This document shows positions 32,705 through 39,531 of a stretch of DNA of 39,531 bases, piece by piece. The first letter of the stretch is position 1; each line of letters starts with the position of its first letter. Source of the DNA: an uncultured Gammaproteobacteria bacterium (lineage in GTDB: Bacteria > Patescibacteriota > Patescibacteriia > Patescibacteriales > CAYMCJ01). The notes under the pieces are model-generated. The model ran no database searches. It saw nothing but the letters and a program-made list of their open reading frames with translations, and was not told where the DNA came from. A program made the position numbers and the translations under genes. The DNA lies in contig CAYNBD010000001.1 of NCBI GenBank assembly GCA_964395755.1, positions 1-39,531 on the forward strand. The letters run 5' to 3'.

Positions 32705-34480
32705 TTATGGCAGCGGTTTTTTTAAGCTGCCGATTAACTCCCGGATACTATTTAACCCTTTCCGCTTGAGAAATTTTAATATTTCAGCTTCCAGATTTTG
32801 CATGACACAGGGATTAATTAAAAGACCGGTACCGATACCGACCGCCGTAGCCCCGGTAATGATGTATTCTAAAACGTCCCGATAATCAGTTATTCCTCCC
32901 AGGCCGATAATGGGAATTTTAACGGCTTTTACTGTCCGGTAAACAAGATAAAGGGTAATCGGTTTGATTGCCGGGCCGGACAAACCGCCGGAAAGATTAG
33001 CCAGTTTCGGGGTTTGGGTTTCAATGTCAATGGCCAGGCCCTGGTAAGTATTGGCGACGGTCAGGGCGTCAGCGCCCGCTTCTTCGGCTGCTTTGGCAAT
33101 AACCGTTATGTCGGTTACCAAAGGCGCCAGTTTGACGATGATAAATTTATTCGGCGCGGCCATACAAACGGTTTGGGTAACCTCAAAAGTGCTTTCCGGA
33201 GACTGACCGAAGTTCATGCCATTGGCATGAATGTTGGGGCAGGAGACATTTACTTCAAGGGCGGTAATGTCGGTTTTGGCCAAGGCGAGGGCTATTTTTC
33301 GGAATTCCTCAATTGAATTTCCAAAAATATTTACCACCACTGGTTTTCCTAAGGCCAGCCATAAGGATAGTTCTTTGGACAAAGATGCTTCCAAACCAAT
33401 GTTTTCCAAACCAATGGCATTGAGCATGCCGCTGGCCGTTTCGCAGGTTCTCGGCGCCGGATTGCCCAAACAAGGAAGTAAACCTACGCCCTTGGTTACA
33501 ACTGTCCCGGCCCGGTTTACGTTTTTTTGTTCGTTGGCCGTTTCAGCCGACAGGCAACCGGAAGCGTTCATCCAGGGATAAGCCAAGGTAAGTTGTTTCC
33601 CGTTTTGTCCGACCAGAGTTACGCTTAGAGGATTGGTATCCGCCGTGGTTAAAGTAACCGGAGCGGCTGGCGATTGATAAGACGGAATAATTTTTCCCCA
33701 GTTTATCAGAGCGGCATCAAAAGCCGGTCCGTCTTGGCAGACATGCTGGACTTTTTCCTGGCCGTTGACCCGAACAAAGACCGCGCAACTCTTGCAGGAA
33801 CCGAGGCCACAGGCCATGTGTCTTTCTAAAACAACCAGGCATTGATTATTGTTCTGCCGGGCGATTTTAGCCACCTCTTTTAACATTGCCAGCAGACCGC
33901 AGGCAACCACGATTGGATTATCGACGTTGCCTCTAAGTTCATCTGCCAGTAAATCAGTCACCAAACCGTTATTTGTTCCACCGCCTTTTTCCGTAATTAT
34001 CCTGGTTATGCAACCATAAGCCCTGAAATCAGGGGCGCAGATAATTTGCGTTTTGTCTTGTCCGCCAAGCAAAACCTTTACATCTTTGCCCGCTTGCTTC
34101 AGCGCACGGCTAAAGCGTGTTAAAGCCGGAGCACCCATGCCGCCGGCAACCAGAATATAATGTTTAGCTTCGGGGTCTATAGGTATGGGTTTTCCTAATG
34201 GCCCTAGCATCTTAATTTTATTTCCCGGTTGCAGTTCGGAATAAGACCCGGTGTTTGGCCCTACGATTTTGATTAGGACGGTTATAAATTTTTCATTTAC
34301 GTTATAAACCGAAAACGGCCGTCCCAAGATTGAGCCCGGAGCTTTGGGCGCCAGTTTTAAGAATTGTCCGGGAGCGAAGTATATATTTTCCGGGTTTGAG
34401 AATTGTAAATAGAATATATCCGGGTTATTATTGACTCGCCGGACTTCCATCACACTCGTTTCTTGCTCTTTGGCTGTCAT
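32705..34480 (-). CDS. pyrD: Fused dihydroorotate dehydrogenase: electron-transfer subunit (PyrK-like) plus class 1B catalytic subunit (PyrD)
   Basis: N-terminal half: RPFSV, LVAGGMGAPAL, 2Fe-2S cysteines MACGLGSCKSCAV...CQDGP. C-terminal half: NASGC, TKGV, NAIGLEN, NVSCPN, VKLAP, GGLSGPAIKP, IIGLGGI. Confidence 0.85.
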   Translation of the reverse strand: MTAKEQETSVMEVRRVNNNPDIFYLQFSNPENIYFAPGQFLKLAPKAPGSILGRPFSVYNVNEKFITVLIKIVGPNTGSYSELQPGNKIKMLGPLGKPIPIDPEAKHYILVAGGMGAPALTRFSRALKQAGKDVKVLLGGQDKTQIICAPDFRAYGCITRIITEKGGGTNNGLVTDLLADELRGNVDNPIVVACGLLAMLKEVAKIARQNNNQCLVVLERHMACGLGSCKSCAVFVRVNGQEKVQHVCQDGPAFDAALINWGKIIPSYQSPAAPVTLTTADTNPLSVTLVGQNGKQLTLAYPWMNASGCLSAETANEQKNVNRAGTVVTKGVGLLPCLGNPAPRTCETASGMLNAIGLENIGLEASLSKELSLWLALGKPVVVNIFGNSIEEFRKIALALAKTDITALEVNVSCPNIHANGMNFGQSPESTFEVTQTVCMAAPNKFIIVKLAPLVTDITVIAKAAEEAGADALTVANTYQGLAIDIETQTPKLANLSGGLSGPAIKPITLYLVYRTVKAVKIPIIGLGGITDYRDVLEYIITGATAVGIGTGLLINPCVMQNLEAEILKFLKRKGLNSIRELIGSLKKPLP

Positions 34481-34546
34481 TTTTTCCTCCCGCTAAATTT
34501 GTTATAAATTTTTAAAGGAGCGTCTCCTTTTTTTTGTGCTACCCAA

Positions 34547-34575
34547 ATATTAAATTATATAATCCTTTGTGTCAA
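34547..34575 (-). promoter_or_regulatory. Promoter of the pyrK-pyrD fusion (TTGACA-17 nt-TAATAT)
   Basis: Minus strand reads TTGACA CAAAGGATTATATAATT TAATAT. The leader contains an A8 run and the hairpin AAGGAG-ACG-CTCCTT. Confidence 0.6.
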
Positions 34576-34580
34576 ATTAT

Positions 34581-34611
34581 AAAACCCGCCAATTCGCTCG
34601 GCGGGTTTTTT
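34581..34611 (-). terminator. Terminator of the glyA-folD operon
   Basis: AAAACCCGCC AATTCGCTC GGCGGGTTTT, T-rich on both sides. Confidence 0.75.
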
Positions 34612-34634
34612 ATTTGCAGAGATATCTTTAGAGA

Positions 34635-35555
34635 TTACTGCTTTCTTATATTTTTGATTTTTTCCAGAATATCATCCAGGCCGTTTAAATTTTTCTTTAA
34701 TTCTGGTTCTAAATTAACGCTGGTCAATAAATTTTTTTGCGCTTCTATCTGGGTGATTAATTTATCAAATATTTCGGTTTCCTCCTGGCTTGGTTCAGCC
34801 GTCAAATTATAATTCATGCCTGCCAACAGCTGATTGAGTTCTTCCTGGGATAAGCCCAGGCAGAAGATGGGGATATTTTTGATTGTTTTTCTTACTAATT
34901 TCATCTCACCGCTTTCTTTCTCTTTGCCAAAGGTCAAGCCGTAGTCCAGTTTACTGCCGCCCTGCCGCAACTTGTTGTTTATCTTATTAAATTTTTCTTT
35001 GAGACGTTGTTTATCATTTTCGGATCCGCCCACCCTGATTTCGTCAAAAGCGCAGATGACCTGTCCGGTTTCTTTGTCCACCAGGACATTGTCAATACCG
35101 TTATGATAATCGTCATAAACGGACGCCCTGACCACCAGAAATTTATCCTTTAGTATTTTGTAAAAAATACCGGTAGTGGCCATTTCCATTAAGGAGCCGG
35201 AGCTTCTTTTTTTATTTTCTTGCCAGATTTGCCGGATTTCATCCGGAGCGGAAGTGCCATAATAATTTTGCACTGATTCTTTTGCCGGGTCAGGAGCATA
35301 TCTTTTTTGTTGATCCGCGATATATTGATCGTCTCTGGCGATTTTTTCCGCCGATATAATGCCGGCAAATGATTTCCTGGCAATCGTACAGTCAGGATTA
35401 ATCAATTTGCCCTGTTCGGCCTGATTTTTTTTGGCATCATTATTTATCTCTTCGGAAATTTTTCCTAATAGATTATTGAGATTCTCAAAATAGGACTCCG
35501 GTGTCCTGGGTATTTGCTCTTTTTGGTTGGTTGTAGTTTTAAAATTTTCAAGCAT
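34635..35555 (-). CDS. Hypothetical protein, 306 aa, last gene of the glyA-folD operon
   Basis: Intact ORF starting 3 nt after the folD stop. No motif recognised. Confidence 0.55.
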   Translation of the reverse strand: MLENFKTTTNQKEQIPRTPESYFENLNNLLGKISEEINNDAKKNQAEQGKLINPDCTIARKSFAGIISAEKIARDDQYIADQQKRYAPDPAKESVQNYYGTSAPDEIRQIWQENKKRSSGSLMEMATTGIFYKILKDKFLVVRASVYDDYHNGIDNVLVDKETGQVICAFDEIRVGGSENDKQRLKEKFNKINNKLRQGGSKLDYGLTFGKEKESGEMKLVRKTIKNIPIFCLGLSQEELNQLLAGMNYNLTAEPSQEETEIFDKLITQIEAQKNLLTSVNLEPELKKNLNGLDDILEKIKNIRKQ

Positions 35556-35558
35556 ATT

Positions 35559-36410
35559 TTACGCTTTCGCATGTCTTTGTTTATATAATGCCAGGGTGTT
35601 TTTGAAAAGCATGGCGATGGTTAAGGGGCCGACCCCGCCCGGTACGGGCGTAATATAGCCGGCGCGGTCTTTAACGCTGTCAAAATCCACGTCGCCATAG
35701 ACTTTTTTGCCTTGTTTGGTAATGCCGATGTCAATGATAACCGCGTCTTTTTTGACCATCTCTTTTTTAATGAATGCAGGCCGGCCGACAGCGGTGATGA
35801 GGATATCGGCCTGGCTGGTTGTTTCTTTTAAATCCGAGCTGTCCGGATGAATTATTTTAACCTTTGCCCCGCGGCAGGCCAGGACTTTGGCCAGACTTTG
35901 GCCGAAAATGTCGGAATTGACGATTAAGCAGACCTGTTTGTTTTGAAGTTCATATTTAATATTTTTTAAAATCTCAAAAATTACTTGAAAAACCGGCGGC
36001 ATCACCTGTGAGTGCTCGCAGGTTGAGAGCAATATTTTTAAATTATCGGGCTGAAAGCGGTCTACGTCTTTAGCCGGTTTTATGGCTTTAATTATTTTAT
36101 CCGTGTTTAAACCGGCTGGCAAAGGTAATTGCACTAAAATAGCGTCAATTAGTTGGTCGTTATTTAGATGCTCAATGGCGGTAATGATTTCTTCTTCTTT
36201 GGTAGCGGCGGCACAGCGGTAGGCATGGGTATCAATCCCGACTTTTTTGGCTTCTTTCTCTTTCAGCTGCACGTAAAGTTTTGAATCTTCCCTCTCACCC
36301 ACTAAAATAATGGCTAAATTGGGCCGGGGACCGTTTAATTTAACTATTTCTTCAACGATTTCATCTTTAATTTTTTCCGCGATTTTTGCGCCGTCAATTA
36401 TTATAGCCAT
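35559..36410 (-). CDS. folD: Bifunctional methylenetetrahydrofolate dehydrogenase/cyclohydrolase FolD
   Basis: MAIIIDGAKIA, LAIILVG...S..YV..K, ILVQLPLP, GR....G, TPVPGGVGPLTIAML. Confidence 0.95.
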   Translation of the reverse strand: MAIIIDGAKIAEKIKDEIVEEIVKLNGPRPNLAIILVGEREDSKLYVQLKEKEAKKVGIDTHAYRCAAATKEEEIITAIEHLNNDQLIDAILVQLPLPAGLNTDKIIKAIKPAKDVDRFQPDNLKILLSTCEHSQVMPPVFQVIFEILKNIKYELQNKQVCLIVNSDIFGQSLAKVLACRGAKVKIIHPDSSDLKETTSQADILITAVGRPAFIKKEMVKKDAVIIDIGITKQGKKVYGDVDFDSVKDRAGYITPVPGGVGPLTIAMLFKNTLALYKQRHAKA

Positions 36411-36476
36411 AAAGTTTCAAGGCACCAAAGTTTCTTTTGATGCCTTGTGGTTTCCAATTGAAATAAAGATTCATAG

Positions 36477-36764
36477 TTATGCTCCTTTCTGCACTTTAAG
36501 TATTTTTTCGGCTTCGCCAAGTACTTTTTGCATCTCCAATAAATTCATTTCAAAGCCTTTTTTGATTTTATAGTCAGTCACAGTTTTGAGCAAAGCAATG
36601 TATCCTTTCATAATTTTTCGGGCTTGGGCGATGATTTCTTCAAAAGTCCATGAGTTGAATCCTCGGCCGCTTTCCAGCTGCGGTTTCCATTCGCCGAAAT
36701 CCATGAATAATTCATCTAATTTTCTCTCGGTTTCAATTGGAAATTTTAATTTTTTACTCGCCAT
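36477..36764 (-). CDS. Hypothetical helical protein, 95 aa, between glyA and folD
   Basis: ATG 36764 is preceded by AAGGAGGA. The longer ORF start at 36830 would overlap the glyA 3' end. No motif recognised. Confidence 0.5.
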   Translation of the reverse strand: MASKKLKFPIETERKLDELFMDFGEWKPQLESGRGFNSWTFEEIIAQARKIMKGYIALLKTVTDYKIKKGFEMNLLEMQKVLGEAEKILKVQKGA

Positions 36765-36786
36765 TTTAGTCCTCCTTGGTTTTAGA

Positions 36787-38034
36787 TTATATGCTGGGAA
36801 TCGGGAATTGTTTGCACATTTCCCGGACATCGGCTTTTATTTTATTTAAAACCTCAATTTCATTTTTATGTTCTATCGCCCGGTTAATCCAGGAAGCGAT
36901 TTTTTTTATTTCGTTCTCTTTCATGCCGCGGCTGGTGATTGCCGGCGTGCCGAAACGGACGCCGGAGGGATTCATGGGCGGGTTGGGGTCATTGGGTACG
37001 GTGGAGCGGCTGACGGAAATACCGACTTTGTCCAGAATTTCTTCCGCGTCCCGACCGCGCAAATTTTTGCTGGTCATATTAACCACCATTAGATGATTAT
37101 CAGTCCCGTTGGAAACCAGCCGGAAGCCGAGGTTCATAAATTCTTGGGCCAGGGTTTCAGCATTTTTAATTACCTGGCGGGCGTATTTTTTGAATTCCGG
37201 CTTTAGGGCTTCGCCAAAAGCCACGGCTTTGGCGGCGTTAATGTGGTCATGCGGCCCGCCCTGCATTCCCGGAAAAACGGCTTTGTCCACCTGTTTAGCC
37301 CATTTTTCCCGGCACATTATGATAGCGCCTCGGGGGCCGCGCAGGGTTTTATGGGTAGTGGTAGTTACGACATCAAAAAACGGCACCGGATTATTCATTT
37401 CTCCGGCCGCAATCAGCCCGGCCGTGTGGGCGATGTCGGCGAAAGTGTAAGCATTGACTTCATCGGCAATTTCTTTAAATTTTTTCCATTCCACTTCCCG
37501 CGGGTAAGCGCTATAGCCGGCCACGATCATTTTCGGTTTTTCTTTTTGGGCGATTTGTCTGACTGCTTCCATATCAATCCGGCCGCTTTGGGGATTAACT
37601 TCGTATTGGAAGAAGTTATAAAGCATGCCGGAGAAATTAACGGGGTGCCCGTGGGAAAGATGGCCGCCGTGGTCAAGCTTTAAGCCCAGGACTTTATCTC
37701 CCGGTTTTAGAAAGGCCATATAAACAGACGCATTGGCCGGTGAACCGGAAAGAGGCTGGACATTGACGTGCTCGGCGGAAAAAAGTTTTTTCGCCCGTTC
37801 GATAGCTATAGTCTCCACCTTGTCTATGTTTTGGTTGCCGCCATAATAGCGGTGTCCGGGATAGCCCTCGCTGTATTTATTGGTTAAAACCGTTGCCATG
37901 GCTTCCAGCACCGCTTTAGACGCGTAATTTTCCGAAGCGATTAGTTCCATTTCTTCGCTTTGTCTTTTTATTTCCTGCTTGATGGCCGCCATAATTTCCG
38001 GGTCCTCTGCGGATAGATTTTTATAATCAAACAT
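36787..38034 (-). CDS. glyA: Serine hydroxymethyltransferase
   Basis: LIASENY, YSEGYPG.RYYGG, TTTTHKTLRGPRG (PLP lysine), GGPH, NPSG.R.GTPA.T.RG. Confidence 0.97.
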   Translation of the reverse strand: MFDYKNLSAEDPEIMAAIKQEIKRQSEEMELIASENYASKAVLEAMATVLTNKYSEGYPGHRYYGGNQNIDKVETIAIERAKKLFSAEHVNVQPLSGSPANASVYMAFLKPGDKVLGLKLDHGGHLSHGHPVNFSGMLYNFFQYEVNPQSGRIDMEAVRQIAQKEKPKMIVAGYSAYPREVEWKKFKEIADEVNAYTFADIAHTAGLIAAGEMNNPVPFFDVVTTTTHKTLRGPRGAIIMCREKWAKQVDKAVFPGMQGGPHDHINAAKAVAFGEALKPEFKKYARQVIKNAETLAQEFMNLGFRLVSNGTDNHLMVVNMTSKNLRGRDAEEILDKVGISVSRSTVPNDPNPPMNPSGVRFGTPAITSRGMKENEIKKIASWINRAIEHKNEIEVLNKIKADVREMCKQFPIPSI

Positions 38035-38068
38035 AAAGTTGTTGTTTATTTAGAACTTACGCGTTTAC

Positions 38069-38192
38069 TGTCATTGCGACACCCGCCCGCTGGCGGGGAA
38101 GCAATCTCTTTAAAATCACCTAAATATAATTACAGAGGTTGCTTCGCCCCCCGCACCAGTTTTTCAAACTGGAGCGGGGCTCCTCGCAATGA
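38069..38192. repeat. Inverted pair of the conserved-flank / variable-hairpin element
   Basis: The short plus copy (38069-38108) is GTCATTGCGAC-CCCGCC/GGCGGG-AAGCAATCTCT. The long minus copy (38107-38192) is GTCATTGCGAGG-CCCCGCTCCAGTTT/AAACTGGTGCGGGG-CGAAGCAACCTCT-ATTTAGGTGATTTTAAAG. Confidence 0.85.
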
Positions 38193-38250
38193 CGAATAAA
38201 GGCGGTGATTTAACCAAATGCGCAAGTATTAAATTAATAAATTAGAGTTT

Positions 38251-38646
38251 TTATTTCAGAAAACCGAAATGCTTTAGAGCGGGAATGATGTTCGGAGCCA
38301 AGTCAGACGGTAAATTATCAATATCCAGCCAGGCCCACTCCCGGATGTCAGGCCCAGGCTTTATTTCTCCCTCGCGTTCGGCCAGGAAATGAACCAAGAT
38401 AACGTCAATCACGCCCTCCGGTTTTTCTTTGCGGGCAAAGGTGATAAATGGTTGCTCATTCAGGATTTTAGTATCAATGCCCAGTTCTTCTTTAGCTCGT
38501 TTTTGGGCCGCTGCGGCTAAACTTAAGTTAAAATCATCCATTTGGCCGCCGCAGAATTTCCAGAAATTCGTGTCGCCGTGCTTGTCCAGGAGCGCTTGTC
38601 CGTTTTCCACGATCACCGGCCCGGCAGCGATTATGGTTTTTTGCAT
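38251..38646 (-). CDS. NUDIX hydrolase
   Basis: Nudix-box-like GGQMDDFNLSLAAAAQKRAKEELGI, 131 aa. Confidence 0.7.
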   Translation of the reverse strand: MQKTIIAAGPVIVENGQALLDKHGDTNFWKFCGGQMDDFNLSLAAAAQKRAKEELGIDTKILNEQPFITFARKEKPEGVIDVILVHFLAEREGEIKPGPDIREWAWLDIDNLPSDLAPNIIPALKHFGFLK

Positions 38647-38718
38647 ATATTTAAATTACAAATACACAAATTTAATCACAAATAACACAAATACTATATT
38701 TGTAATTTGTAATTTTTA
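38647..38718. repeat. Word palindrome (ACAAAT/ATTTGT words)
   Basis: AATTACAAATACACAAATTTAATCACAAATAACACAAATACT faces ATATTTGTAATTTGTAATTT. Confidence 0.8.
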
Positions 38719-39312
38719 TTATTTATATAATTTTTTATAAGTCATTTTTTCTAACCCTTGCCACCAGTCGGTAAATTTGGTTTTTTTCAGCTCGGCTATT
38801 ATTTTTTTGGCTGATTCGGTTTCCAGCGCCCGGGCGACGTTGCTAATCCATCGGTCCATCATCGGGTAGCCCAAATCAAGGTATTCTTTGGCCTGGAAAG
38901 CCGCCTCCAACCAATCGGCGTCTTTGGCGATAATCCCTTCCCTGGTTGTACGGTTTTCATATTCCTGGAAATAGCGTTTCCATTTTTTTTCTATTTCTGC
39001 GCCTAAATTTTTTGTCTGGTCGTAGAAAGCCATGGCTTCCGCCTCTTCAACGGAAAAATAACGGGCGCCGATTTTATTTTGGTCGCCAATCCTGACTTCG
39101 CCGTTGTCGTGGATAATAAGCATAGTTGCCACTTTTTCCGGGTTGGCGTCGCCTTCCATTATTGCCAGGATATAGCCGATTTGCGCGGCCCGCAAAGCAT
39201 GCTCGGCGACCGTGTCCGGATTTTTTACGCCGGCCATCTGAAAGCCGCTTCTTCTTTGTCTTTTTAGCTGGTTGATTTCAAAGATAAAATCAACGATTTT
39301 TTTCGTGTTCAT
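38719..39312 (-). CDS. HD-domain phosphohydrolase (YfbR/HD_3-like)
   Basis: VAEHALRAAQIGYILA (His) and LIHDNGEVRIGD (HD dyad), 197 aa. Confidence 0.75.
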   Translation of the reverse strand: MNTKKIVDFIFEINQLKRQRRSGFQMAGVKNPDTVAEHALRAAQIGYILAIMEGDANPEKVATMLIIHDNGEVRIGDQNKIGARYFSVEEAEAMAFYDQTKNLGAEIEKKWKRYFQEYENRTTREGIIAKDADWLEAAFQAKEYLDLGYPMMDRWISNVARALETESAKKIIAELKKTKFTDWWQGLEKMTYKKLYK

Positions 39313-39531
39313 ACTTTTATTTTAGCAGGCTTTTATCAGATATTCAACCTTTTTACGTTATTGCCTTACGGCAACCCGCACTACAAATGCGGGACATCCG
39401 AATAACGCCCTCTAGCTCTTGGCGCAGGCGGAGCAGTTAAGCTGCCCGCAGGGTAAACGCCCTGCGGTGTAGCAATTCGCATTTTACCATATAAGTATCT
39501 TGTAGCCGGTAGCCGAACTTGCGGTAGTAAT
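39313..39531. other. GC-rich multi-hairpin non-coding segment running to the window edge
   Basis: Hairpins TTGCC-TTAC-GGCAA, CCCGC...GCGGG, GCAG...CTGC and CCGCAGGG-TAAAC-GCCCTGCGG. A minus-strand frame entering from the right edge stops at 39484-39486, so most of this lies between two co-directional minus genes. Confidence 0.4.

Noticed and set aside
39400-39480. tmRNA on the minus strand, because of GCAGCTTAA (…AA-stop, tag-like).
   Set aside because: There is no tRNA-like domain (no T-arm GGTTCGA motif and no acceptor/CCA end). The upstream in-frame peptide LHRRAFTLRAA does not resemble a degradation tag.
1-39531. Alternative genetic code (UGA recoding, as in some CPR lineages), mobile elements, prophage or a defence island.
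   Set aside because: Long conserved genes (gyrA, ftsH, recQ, glyA) are uninterrupted under code 11. No integrase, transposase, RT, Cas, restriction or toxin-antitoxin signatures were recognised in any ORF.

Overview
This 39.5 kb chromosomal segment has the gene content and style of a reduced-genome bacterium. My inference is Candidate Phyla Radiation / Patescibacteria (Parcubacteria-like). The reasons are compact housekeeping genes, lysine-rich tails on DNA/RNA-binding proteins, a small CxxC...CxxC zinc-ribbon protein, a lone type IV pilus ATPase and standard genetic code 11. I support 36 protein-coding genes: gyrA, rpsA, ftsH, a pilB-like ATPase, rny, ymdB-like, hup, recQ, a fused pyrK-pyrD, a dihydroorotase-like amidohydrolase, folD, glyA, a Memo-AMMECR1 fusion, a translin-like protein, transporters, several small hydrolases and about 10 hypotheticals. 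There is also a three-tRNA operon (Arg-TCG, Met/Ile2-CAT, Lys-CTT), many near-consensus sigma70-type promoters and hairpin terminators. I see no transposase, integrase, CRISPR array, RT or recognisable defence island, and I cannot point to a clearly novel protein system. The most unusual signals are non-coding. (1) Nearly every intergenic spacer carries its own stuttered-word AT-rich palindrome, and some words recur between loci or run into coding ends and a domain linker. (2) A dispersed element has conserved flanks and a different, perfectly paired GC hairpin in each copy. (3) An orphan gene with a roughly 200 nt GC-rich structured leader sits between rny and ymdB. (4) Two promoter-to-terminator small-RNA candidates are present. 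(5) GC-rich multi-hairpin segments are cut by both window edges. All RNA and function calls beyond clear motif matches are by-eye hypotheses that need Rfam/Infernal, HMM and expression checks.
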